Translations under genes and position numbers: made by a program
Assembly (NCBI GenBank): GCA_963711835.1
Contig: CAVQFQ010000010.1
Location: 96,001 to 160,000 of the forward strand
DNA length: 64,000 bases
DNA from: an uncultured delta proteobacterium
GTDB taxonomy: Bacteria > Desulfobacterota > RBG-13-43-22
Reading direction: 5' to 3'
Notes under the pieces: model-generated
What the model saw: the letters and a program-made list of their open reading frames with translations, nothing else
What the model was told of the DNA's origin: nothing
Database searches by the model: none
Part shown: positions 23,857 through 32,493 of the stretch, in pieces
How the letters are laid out: each line of letters starts with the position of its first letter
How positions within the stretch are numbered: the first letter of the stretch is position 1

Positions 23857-25344
23857 CTAAACCCCTAAAAGCCTCTGGGAAAGTTCCTGGTCGGAAAGGA
23901 GTTCCTGCGGGGTGCCTTCGTAAACAATCTGCCCTTGATCGATGACATAAACCCGATCCGCCAAGGCCAAAGCCATGAGGGCATTTTGTTCTACCAGGAG
24001 AATAGTAACCCCGGCTTTATTGATTTCCAGGATGATCTCGGCTACCTGGCGGACGATGAGCGGGGCCAACCCCTGGGAGGGTTCATCGAGCAACATGCAG
24101 CTCACCTTCCCCATGAGGGCCCGGGCTAAGGCCAGCATCTGTTGTTCTCCTCCTGAGAGACGGTTGCCTTTATGATGGCTGCGGTCTTTCATGGCCGGGA
24201 AATATTCGTAGGCCTGGTCCAATTGGTCCCGCTTCTCCTGAGCCGGGATGCCTTTTAAGAAAAAGGGCAATTCCAGGTTTTCATGAAGGGTGAGATTCTG
24301 GAAGATACGGCGCTCGGCCGGCACCAGCGACAGGCCGCTTTTGACGATCCTGTTGGTCGGCTTGCCGTTGATGGTTTCATTATTAAAAGTGATGACTCCC
24401 GCCCGGGGCGGAGTCAGGCCCAGGATGGAGCGGAGGGTGGTGGTCTTACCGGCCCCGTTTCTGCCTAACAGGGAGACGATTTCCCCTTGACGAACCATTA
24501 AGGAGATATCCTGCAGGACGTGGCTTTCTCCATAATAGGTGTTGACCTTTTCCAGTCGCAGGATCTCCCTTTTGGTGCTTTTGGCTCGCTCGCTTTTTTT
24601 CTGGGATAAGGAGAATCCTTTTTCCATTCCTCCCAGATAAGCCTTCTGGACCTCTTCATTCTGTTGAATTTCTTCCGGAGTCCCCTCGGCCAGTTTCCGG
24701 CCGAAATACAAAACGGTTATGGCGTCTGAAACCTTCAGCACCACATCCATTTTATGTTCGATGAGAATGATGGTATAGCCTTTTTCGTTTTTTAATTTAT
24801 TGATCAGTTCGACGGTTCGTAACGATTCCTCCGGAGGCAGGCCGGAGGTGGGTTCATCCAGAAGGAGCAATTCGGCCTTGCAGGTCAGGGCAATGGCAAT
24901 ATCCAGATGGCGCTGGTCCCCGTGGGAAAGATTTCCAGCCACCTCATTGGTCTTGTCGGCCAGACCGACATCCTCCAGGATCTCCATGACTCGGTCCCGG
25001 GCTTTCGAGCCCTTGTGGTAATACATGGCCGGAATAAGGACATTCTCAAAAACCGTAAGTTCCGGGAAGATGGCGGTAATCTGAAAAGAGCGTCCGATGC
25101 CTTTCCGGGCTATCTTATGGGGTCTAAGGCCGGTAATGTCTTCCCCTTTAAAGCGGATCCGTCCTTTACTGGGGGGATGGACACCGGTGAGGAGGTTGAA
25201 AAAAGTGGTCTTGCCCGCTCCATTGGGTCCGATAATGGATCGGAGTTCCCCTGGGTTGATGGAAAAATTGATATCCTGGACCGCTTCCAAGGAACCAAAA
25301 TTTATTCCCAGCTCCGTTGTTTCCAGTAATTTCATATAGGCCAT
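23857..25344 (-). CDS. fused LivG-LivF-type ABC ATPase (two nucleotide-binding domains)
   Basis: GPNGAGKT/LSHG/LLLDEPT plus GRNGAGKT/LSGGEQQM/LLDEPS in one 495-aa ORF. Confidence 0.92.
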   Translation of the reverse strand: MAYMKLLETTELGINFGSLEAVQDINFSINPGELRSIIGPNGAGKTTFFNLLTGVHPPSKGRIRFKGEDITGLRPHKIARKGIGRSFQITAIFPELTVFENVLIPAMYYHKGSKARDRVMEILEDVGLADKTNEVAGNLSHGDQRHLDIAIALTCKAELLLLDEPTSGLPPEESLRTVELINKLKNEKGYTIILIEHKMDVVLKVSDAITVLYFGRKLAEGTPEEIQQNEEVQKAYLGGMEKGFSLSQKKSERAKSTKREILRLEKVNTYYGESHVLQDISLMVRQGEIVSLLGRNGAGKTTTLRSILGLTPPRAGVITFNNETINGKPTNRIVKSGLSLVPAERRIFQNLTLHENLELPFFLKGIPAQEKRDQLDQAYEYFPAMKDRSHHKGNRLSGGEQQMLALARALMGKVSCMLLDEPSQGLAPLIVRQVAEIILEINKAGVTILLVEQNALMALALADRVYVIDQGQIVYEGTPQELLSDQELSQRLLGV

Positions 25345-25419
25345 CCTTCATAAGACCGGCTTTCCTCAGTTGCGCAAGATATGGTTCCAGGAGGAAACCC
25401 GTTTAATTATTTTAAAGAA

Positions 25420-26382
25420 CTAACGCTTTTTCTGGACAAATCCCCAAATCCCTCTTGGGAAGAAGAGGATAAAAATGATGAAGATCGCCCCGACGAAGAA
25501 TTGCCAGTATTTCGTATAATAGGAGATGAAATTCATCAGATAAGTAACCACTCCGGCTCCCAAAATAGGGCCAAAAAGGGTTCCCAAACCACCCACCAGT
25601 CCCATAATGACCACGTTTCCCGACCGAACCCAGTCCAGGGTCTGGGGGAAGATATAACGGAGGAACATACCATAAAGGGTGCCGGCTACAGCGGCAAAAA
25701 CCCCCGAAATAATAAAAGAGTATAGTTTGTAACGCCGTACATTATAACCTACAACCTGGGCCCGTTTTTCATTTTCCCGGATTGTTTTCAGGACCTGGCC
25801 GAAATGAGACTCGACCAGCCAGTATTTAACCAGAGTAGCGGCCACAAAGAAAACAAAGACAAAATAAAAGAAACTCAGATCATTTTTTAGATTCCAGTTA
25901 AAAAGACCCAGCGAGATGCTATCCCTTGGAATCCCGGTCAGGCCATCCTCCCCTCCGGTAACCGTCTTCCAGCGGGAGGCAATAAAAAAGAACATCTGCC
26001 CAAAGGCTATGGTGAGCATGGCAAAATAAATGCCGGTCTTGCGTATAATGAGGAGCCCGATGATGACAGCGCCCAGGGTACCTACCAGAATCCCAATCAG
26101 CATGCCCAGGAGAATGGACACTTTAAAATTGATGCAGACAATACCCATGGTATAGGCAGCCAGCCCGAAATAAGCGGCCTGGCCGAAGGAGAGTATGCCG
26201 GTGTAGCCCAGGAGTAAATCAAAACCCAGGGCGAAGATGGCAAAAATAACCATCTCAGTGGCCAAGCCGGTATAGCCGCCGATAAAGGGGATGATTTTAG
26301 GCCAAACCGCCACCAGGGCGAAAAGGATGACCATTTTTATTAAGTCTTTGGATCTCGATTTTTCAACAGGTGTTGTTGTCAT
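25420..26382 (-). CDS. LivM-type ABC permease
   Basis: GYTGILSFGQAAYFG, IYFAMLT, TGGEDG, IRENE, GGLGTLFGP. Confidence 0.92.
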   Translation of the reverse strand: MTTTPVEKSRSKDLIKMVILFALVAVWPKIIPFIGGYTGLATEMVIFAIFALGFDLLLGYTGILSFGQAAYFGLAAYTMGIVCINFKVSILLGMLIGILVGTLGAVIIGLLIIRKTGIYFAMLTIAFGQMFFFIASRWKTVTGGEDGLTGIPRDSISLGLFNWNLKNDLSFFYFVFVFFVAATLVKYWLVESHFGQVLKTIRENEKRAQVVGYNVRRYKLYSFIISGVFAAVAGTLYGMFLRYIFPQTLDWVRSGNVVIMGLVGGLGTLFGPILGAGVVTYLMNFISYYTKYWQFFVGAIFIIFILFFPRGIWGFVQKKR

Positions 26383-27272
26383 TCCAATAACCCTTCAACC
26401 CCGGCGATACCTCTCGGGCGGACTAATAATACGATCGCCATCAGAATAAAGACGATGACATCCGACATGGCCGAAAAAACCTCCACGGAAAAACTGACGA
26501 CTACCCCGACCAGTAAACCTCCGATGACTGCGCCCCAGAAACTGCCCATGCCCCCGATGATAACCACTACGAAGCAGGACATAATGATGCCGGTTCCCAT
26601 AGGCGGATAGACACCTTGAATAGGGGCATTAAGGACCCCGGCCACAGCCGCCAGGGCCGATCCGATCCCAAAGGTGATGGTAAAAAGAAGATTGATGGGA
26701 ATGCCCAGGGCAATCACCATTTCCCGGTCAAAGGTCCCGGCCAGGATGGTTTTCCCCATGGGGGTTTTTTGAAAGAAAAACCAGAGAGCAACCAGCAGGG
26801 CGGAGCAAAAAACAATGATAAACAAACGGTATTTGGAAAATATGAAGAGCTTTAAGTCAATGATGCCGCTGAGAAATTCAGGAGGACTCATGGGATAGGG
26901 GGCATCCCCCCAGGTCATACGAATCATATCCTCAATCATCAGGGCCAGCCCGAAGGTCAGGAGCATGGTGTGCAACGGGTCCCTTTTGTAAAGGGGCCTG
27001 ATTAAGGTGGCCTCCATTCCCATGCCGATCAGTCCCAGAAGAATGGGCCCGATGATCAGGCAGGGCCAGAAACCGGTATAGTTAAATAAGGTAACGACGC
27101 TATAGGCCCCCAAGGCGTATATAACCCCGTGGGTAAAGTTTATGACCCGCATCAGCCCGAGGATGATGGTCAGTCCAATGGCCATCAGAACTAAGAGGGT
27201 GCCCAGGGCAAAGCCGTTGAGCAATTGGTTCATAATTGTGGGCAGGGAGAGATTCAAACTTATCATAGCCAC
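26379..27272 (-). CDS. LivH-type ABC permease
   Basis: GLTIILGLMRVINFTHG, VIIGGMGS, RPRG. Confidence 0.92.
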   Translation of the reverse strand: MAMISLNLSLPTIMNQLLNGFALGTLLVLMAIGLTIILGLMRVINFTHGVIYALGAYSVVTLFNYTGFWPCLIIGPILLGLIGMGMEATLIRPLYKRDPLHTMLLTFGLALMIEDMIRMTWGDAPYPMSPPEFLSGIIDLKLFIFSKYRLFIIVFCSALLVALWFFFQKTPMGKTILAGTFDREMVIALGIPINLLFTITFGIGSALAAVAGVLNAPIQGVYPPMGTGIIMSCFVVVIIGGMGSFWGAVIGGLLVGVVVSFSVEVFSAMSDVIVFILMAIVLLVRPRGIAGVEGLLE

Positions 27273-27337
27273 CCCGGCAGTCAGGTCGGCAGCAGAGAAG
27301 AGGGACTTCTCTGCTGCCTTGGATGAAGGATTAATTT

Positions 27338-28669
27338 TTATTTGAACAGGTCATAGGGTTCCAGTTCGTGACCGCCCTCTTTCTTCCATTCGTCGAATGA
27401 AGGGGCGCACTCGTCACCCGGGACATGGCCCAGGATCTTGAAGAGATCGGCCCAGGTCTTGAAGTTGGCCGGGTATTGGGCCTGGGCCACAATGACATCC
27501 TGGATGTTTTGATGATCGAAGTTGCGCCAGTAGCTGGGGGTCCATTTCAAACCGTCAAATTTCCAGCCTTCCAGGGCCTTAATCACCGGAATCATATCCG
27601 TGGTCTTGGCCCGGGTGATGGCCTCAAAGAGCTGTTGGTGGGTAATGTATCCCAAATAATGACGGTAGGAGGCGTCCCATTGAGGGGGTTTATTGGCTCC
27701 AAAACGCTTCCGCAAGGCCGCCCGCAATTTCTGGCTGCCCGGGGTATCCACCGTACAATCCCAGGAAAGCCCCCAAACCCCGTCGGCCGCCGCCCCGACT
27801 CCTTTCATCATGGGTGATCCGGAAAGGGGACCGCAGAGGTGAATGTCTTTGGCCAGGCCGAATTCCTTGAACTGCTTGACCAGGTTGACCTGATCGGCTC
27901 CATAACAGTTACAGCTTAATAAATCAGGCTTAAGGCCCCGGGCCTTGATCAGGTTGGCTGAGAAGTCCTTGGTTCCCAGAGGGGTAAAGTCATTACCGAT
28001 CTCCTTGCAGCCGTATTTGGTTAAGGCACGGTTCATGGAGGTCCGGGCCGTATGCCCCCAGGTGTAGTCGGCGGTGATGTGATAAACTGATTTGGGTTTC
28101 CAGTTTTTTCCCAGCCAGGCCCCTACGGCCGTAGAAAGCATCCAGTTTTGTGAGGTGGTCCGGAAGGTGGTCCGGTGGGATTTCTGCATGGTGGTGTCAT
28201 CGGAATGACTGCCGAAGGCCATAAAAAGCTTTTTCTCTTTAAAGGCTTCTTCGGCAATAGCCAGGGTGACACTGGAGGTCAGGGTCCCGGTCAAGAAATG
28301 GACATTGTCCCTTTTAATCAACTTAATCGTCTTCTGAACCCCGATGCCCGGATTACTGGGGGCGTCTTCGGTGATCATTTTAATTTCCCGGCCGAGTACC
28401 CCGCCTTTGGCATTCCATTCCTCATTGGCCAGCATGGCCCCTTCCATCTCATCTTGACCGGAATCGGCATAGGGCCCTGATATCGGTTCAATATTGCCGA
28501 TCAGGATAGGCGGTCCCGAAAAGGCTTTGAGGTGCGGTGCACTCAAAAACTCCGACAACTGGAAGGCCGTAAGCCCGGCCGCCACCACACCGGTGCGGGC
28601 CAGGAATTGACGTCTGGTCAATCCGGAATGGGTTCCCATTTCTCCATCTTTTTTCTTTTCGTCTTTCAT
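27338..28669 (-). CDS. Tat-exported Leu/Ile/Val-type ABC substrate-binding protein
   Basis: TRRQFL twin-arginine signal; SGPYA, NAKGGVLGREI, DYTWG, DFS motifs; RBS before ATG at 28669. Confidence 0.88.
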   Translation of the reverse strand: MKDEKKKDGEMGTHSGLTRRQFLARTGVVAAGLTAFQLSEFLSAPHLKAFSGPPILIGNIEPISGPYADSGQDEMEGAMLANEEWNAKGGVLGREIKMITEDAPSNPGIGVQKTIKLIKRDNVHFLTGTLTSSVTLAIAEEAFKEKKLFMAFGSHSDDTTMQKSHRTTFRTTSQNWMLSTAVGAWLGKNWKPKSVYHITADYTWGHTARTSMNRALTKYGCKEIGNDFTPLGTKDFSANLIKARGLKPDLLSCNCYGADQVNLVKQFKEFGLAKDIHLCGPLSGSPMMKGVGAAADGVWGLSWDCTVDTPGSQKLRAALRKRFGANKPPQWDASYRHYLGYITHQQLFEAITRAKTTDMIPVIKALEGWKFDGLKWTPSYWRNFDHQNIQDVIVAQAQYPANFKTWADLFKILGHVPGDECAPSFDEWKKEGGHELEPYDLFK

Positions 28670-29042
28670 AAACCCCCCTCTGAAGTATTTTAGGTTGACT
28701 TTATTGCTCGGAACAAACGCGGGATAACTTTGAAAAGACACCCCCTTCCTTTATTTTAGGTGACGTTATAAGGATTCATACTTGGATTGTTAGAGAAATT
28801 AATAATTGGGCTATTGGAAGTGTATCCCTGGTTAAAGGGAGGATCCGTTGTCTTAGGTAAGGAGAATAAGAGGGTTGATTCCGTTTTCGTTCTCGCCTGG
28901 GCCACTGGAATTCCTTATCTTGAACCATGGTCACTGAAACCGGTTTGATTGAAGAAAAAGATTGCCCTCTTCCCGAAAAAAAATTGGGGGGAGGTTTAAA
29001 AATAGGGTTTGCGGTCTTAGGTTAAGATGTTAATGATGGTTT

Positions 29043-29071
29043 TTTATAGTAAAATTATAGAGGTTATGCAA
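29043..29071 (-). promoter_or_regulatory. putative sigma70 promoter for the ABC/mutase cluster
   Basis: minus strand TTGCAT-17bp-TATAAA, ~370 nt upstream of the binding-protein start. Confidence 0.4.
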
Positions 29072-29139
29072 GGATTTTTTTCATCATTCTTTTTGAGCAA
29101 CCCGGCAAGAGGAATTACCAATTTTCCGAAAAAAGGAGG

Positions 29140-29751
29140 ATGGCCGTTATGCCATTTTTCACTTTCTACCGGTTACAATTAAATGAATGCACCCCCCAAG
29201 AATTCTTGCGCCTTTGGGCAGCGTTATACCGGGAAGGACCGGTCAATGACGATCTTTTGAGACAGAATTTAAACCCGGGCCGAAAGCTGGAGGACCGGCA
29301 CCTCGAACCATTGCTGTGCTGGCGCCGGCAGCAATCCTTGGAGGAAAAAGATCTGAACCTGGTTAAACGACTGGGCCAATCATTAACAATAATCAACGCC
29401 TTCAGAATGAAAACTAAAATCTCCGAAGAAGAGACCCTCGATTTTTATGACCAGGCGACTGCCTGGGTCCCTGACGACTTGATCCTGAGGACCTTTATCC
29501 TCCACCTGGCCAGGCCCCACCAGTTCCCTCTCTTTGATGAGAAGATCTATCTGGCCCACCAGGTGATTACCGAGCTTCCCCCTAAAAAACCCAGGCCATT
29601 AGATCCTGATAATGATGCCGCTTATTTTTCCTTTATGAAGACCTTTTTCCAGATGGTTGCGGCCGGGGCCAAACCGGAGGATATCCTCTATCGAGCCCTT
29701 TCAGCCTTTGGTCATTTCTTGAGCCGTTATCAGTCCGTTGTACAATTTTAA
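29140..29751 (+). CDS. hypothetical protein
   Basis: 203-aa ORF with AGGAGG RBS; FILHLARPHQFPLFD and RALSAFG motifs. Confidence 0.7.
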   Translation: MAVMPFFTFYRLQLNECTPQEFLRLWAALYREGPVNDDLLRQNLNPGRKLEDRHLEPLLCWRRQQSLEEKDLNLVKRLGQSLTIINAFRMKTKISEEETLDFYDQATAWVPDDLILRTFILHLARPHQFPLFDEKIYLAHQVITELPPKKPRPLDPDNDAAYFSFMKTFFQMVAAGAKPEDILYRALSAFGHFLSRYQSVVQF

Positions 29752-29768
29752 GATGAGGGCTGAGAAGG

Positions 29769-30095
29769 CTATTTTTCCAGGGATTCCATGGCGATGGTGG
29801 AATGGGCCAGGGAGGCGCCGGCACTCATGGCCATGGCCACAAAGATGGCTTCGCCGATTTCTTCATCCGTAGCCCCGGCCTGCTTGGCCTTTTTGGTGTG
29901 GCCCTCAATGCAATAGGGACAGCGGGTGATATGGGCCGTGGCAATAGCGATCAGTTCCTTGACTTTGGTGGAAAGAGCCCCTGCCTCAAAGGCCTTCTGG
30001 TTGAAGGCCATGAAGGAGTCAAAGAGATCCTTATTCAAGTCCATCAATTTCGGGTAATACTTGCGGGCATCCTTGGGATAGAGATAATCACCCAT
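29769..30095 (-). CDS. carboxymuconolactone decarboxylase/AhpD family protein
   Basis: GALSTKVKELIAIA...CPYCIEGH...GATDEEI. Confidence 0.9.
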   Translation of the reverse strand: MGDYLYPKDARKYYPKLMDLNKDLFDSFMAFNQKAFEAGALSTKVKELIAIATAHITRCPYCIEGHTKKAKQAGATDEEIGEAIFVAMAMSAGASLAHSTIAMESLEK

Positions 30096-30288
30096 TTTTA
30101 CTCCTCCTTGAGATCAGGTTATTTCCCTCCATTTTTATCACTATTATCCAGGCAGGACAAGTCTGTTTTTCGATGGGGATGATCCCCTCAGAGTCGAAGG
30201 CCCCGATGGCACCCTTGACACCCGGGAATAGTAAATTTATGTTAATATTATGAGCTGAAAACGGATCCTGTATCGGAGAGGTTTTGAA

Positions 30289-30966
30289 ATGCGTATTTTA
30301 GTGGTTGAGGATGACGTCAAGATTGCTTCCTTCATTATCAAGGGCCTTAAAGCCGCCGGCTATGCCGTGGATCATGCCCCCGATGGAGAAACGGGCCTTC
30401 ATCTGGCTTTAGCCGAACCTTACGATACCGCCATCATTGACATCATGCTGCCCAAACGGGATGGGTTGTCCCTGATTGAAACGATGCGGAAAGAGAAAAA
30501 GCGTACGCCGGTCATCATCCTGAGTGCCAAAGGATCCATTGACGACCGGGTTAAAGGTCTTCAAACGGGTGGCGACGACTATATCACCAAGCCTTTTGCT
30601 TTCTCCGAGCTTCTGGCCCGGGTCCAGGCCCTGATCCGGAGGACAAGCGGGCTTTCTGAACCCACCGGCCTGACCGTAGGCGATCTGTCCATCAATCTTC
30701 TCACCCGGGAGGTGACCCGGGGGGGAAGAAAAATAGACCTCCAGCCGATCGAGTTTTCCCTGCTCGAATATCTCATGCGCAGTTCCGGCCGGGTTGTCTC
30801 AAAAACAATGATCATGGAACATGTCTGGAACTACAATTTTGATCCCCAGACCAATGTGGTTGAAGCCAGAATCTGCCGACTGAGAGATAAAATTGACCGG
30901 GATTTTGACCGGAAACTGATCCATACCCTTAGGGGGGTAGGATATGTACTTAAGGAAACCGATTAA
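30289..30966 (+). CDS. OmpR-family response regulator (CusR/CzcR-like)
   Basis: VVEDD, DIMLP, GDDYITKPF, TNVVE, IHTLRGVGY. Confidence 0.95.
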   Translation: MRILVVEDDVKIASFIIKGLKAAGYAVDHAPDGETGLHLALAEPYDTAIIDIMLPKRDGLSLIETMRKEKKRTPVIILSAKGSIDDRVKGLQTGGDDYITKPFAFSELLARVQALIRRTSGLSEPTGLTVGDLSINLLTREVTRGGRKIDLQPIEFSLLEYLMRSSGRVVSKTMIMEHVWNYNFDPQTNVVEARICRLRDKIDRDFDRKLIHTLRGVGYVLKETD

Positions 30967-32365
30967 GCTTCGCAACACCCTCGCCGTTCGTCTGACCCTC
31001 TGGTATGCCGGGATCTTCACCGTCTCGTCTTGTATCGCCTTTTTTTTATTCTATATGCTCATCACTTCCTTGATGCAGGACCAGACCGACCAGGAGCTTT
31101 TAGAACAGGTCAATCGTTTCTCAACACTCTTGGCTACGGAAGGGGTTGAGGCCGTCAAAAGCGTGGCCCTGATCGAGGCCCAGGCCGCCGGAGTGAAAAA
31201 GGTTTTTTTTCGCTTTCTCTCCCCGAACGGTCAGGTTTTTTCCTCGTCCAATATGGCCTACTGGAAAAATATCCATATTACCGAAGCAGCCATTCGGGGA
31301 TTGCTTCAAAACAGCCGACCCGTTTTAGAAACCATCACCATCCCGGACCACCCGGATAAAATTCGTATCCTATATGCCATGATCAGTCCCCGCATCATTT
31401 TGCAGGTGGGACAGACCATGGAGAGTTATTCCCGCTTTCTGGCCGCCTTTAAAGGGATCTTCATCAGCACGATGACCCTTCTTATCTTGACGGCCGCGGG
31501 TCTGGGCTGGTTCATGGCCCGGCGGGCCGTCTCCGGGGTGGAAGCGGTGACCCGGACGGCCCGAAAGATATCCGCAGGCACCCTGGAAGAACGGGTTCCG
31601 CTCAAAGGCCGGAATGATGAAATCGATCAACTGGCCCTTACTTTTAATCAGATGCTCGATCGCATTCAGACCCTGCTCACCGAGATTAAAGAAATGAGTG
31701 ACCATATAGCCCATGACCTAAGAAGCCCCCTGACCCGGATTCGGGGAATCGCAGAAGTAACCCTCACTACCGCCGACTCCCTGAAGGAATACCAGACCAT
31801 GGCCGCCAGCACCATCGAGGAGTGCGACCGCCTCCTCGATATGATCAACACCATGTTGCTGATTTCAAAAACCGAATCGGGCCTGGATACCCTCTCCTCG
31901 GAGGAGATCGATCTGACGGACCTGGTGCGGAAGGCCTGTGAATTGTTTTCGCCCTCGGCCGAAGATAAAGCGGTGACCCTGCGCTGGGATCTGCCGGAGA
32001 GAAGCCGTCTAACCGGAGACACTCGAATGATCCAGCGCCTGCTCTCCAATCTTCTGGACAATGCCATCAAATATACCCCTTCAGGGGGATCCGTAACCGT
32101 TTCCCTGGAGGAAAAGGGGGAACACCTGGTGATCTCTGTAAAGGACACCGGGATCGGTATTTCTCCAGGCGATCTTCCCCACATTTTTGAACGGTTCTAT
32201 CGTTGCGACCAAAGCCGGTCCCAGGTGGGCACCGGGTTGGGCTTAAGCTTGGCCCGGGCTATTGCCCAGGCCCACCAGGGAGACCTAACCGCCCAAAGCC
32301 TGACGAATCAAGGAAGCACTTTCAGGGTCACCCTCCCCAAATCCCTGCCTTCCCGATCCCGATAA
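30944..32365 (+). CDS. HAMP sensor histidine kinase
   Basis: two TM segments, HAMP, AHDLRSPL, NLLDNAIKY, DTGIG, GTGLGL. Confidence 0.95.
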   Translation: MYLRKPIKLRNTLAVRLTLWYAGIFTVSSCIAFFLFYMLITSLMQDQTDQELLEQVNRFSTLLATEGVEAVKSVALIEAQAAGVKKVFFRFLSPNGQVFSSSNMAYWKNIHITEAAIRGLLQNSRPVLETITIPDHPDKIRILYAMISPRIILQVGQTMESYSRFLAAFKGIFISTMTLLILTAAGLGWFMARRAVSGVEAVTRTARKISAGTLEERVPLKGRNDEIDQLALTFNQMLDRIQTLLTEIKEMSDHIAHDLRSPLTRIRGIAEVTLTTADSLKEYQTMAASTIEECDRLLDMINTMLLISKTESGLDTLSSEEIDLTDLVRKACELFSPSAEDKAVTLRWDLPERSRLTGDTRMIQRLLSNLLDNAIKYTPSGGSVTVSLEEKGEHLVISVKDTGIGISPGDLPHIFERFYRCDQSRSQVGTGLGLSLARAIAQAHQGDLTAQSLTNQGSTFRVTLPKSLPSRSR

Positions 32366-32379
32366 CCCTTACTCCCAAC

Positions 32380-32433
32380 ATGACCAACTTGTAATCTTCC
32401 GGTCAGCTTCCGGTCAGCTTCCGGGTTTACCAT
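32380..32433 (+). promoter_or_regulatory. putative OmpR-family operator upstream of degP
   Basis: ATGACCAACTTGTAAT then 11-bp tandem repeats CTTCCGGTCAG x2 + CTTCCGG, then -10-like TACCAT. Confidence 0.6.
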
Positions 32434-32493
32434 TCAGTCAAGAAAAAAGGCTGAAACGGCCGAAAATCCATCATCCAAAATGAGGAGGAAAAA

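Noticed and set aside
28741-29040. Cobalamin riboswitch upstream of the B12 mutase cluster
   Set aside because: Only isolated words (AAAGGGA, GCCACTG) on the wrong strand; no B12 box or conserved core.
32396-32424. Tandem repeats as a CRISPR array
   Set aside because: 11-bp units without spacers; no cas genes. No CRISPR-like array was seen anywhere in the window.
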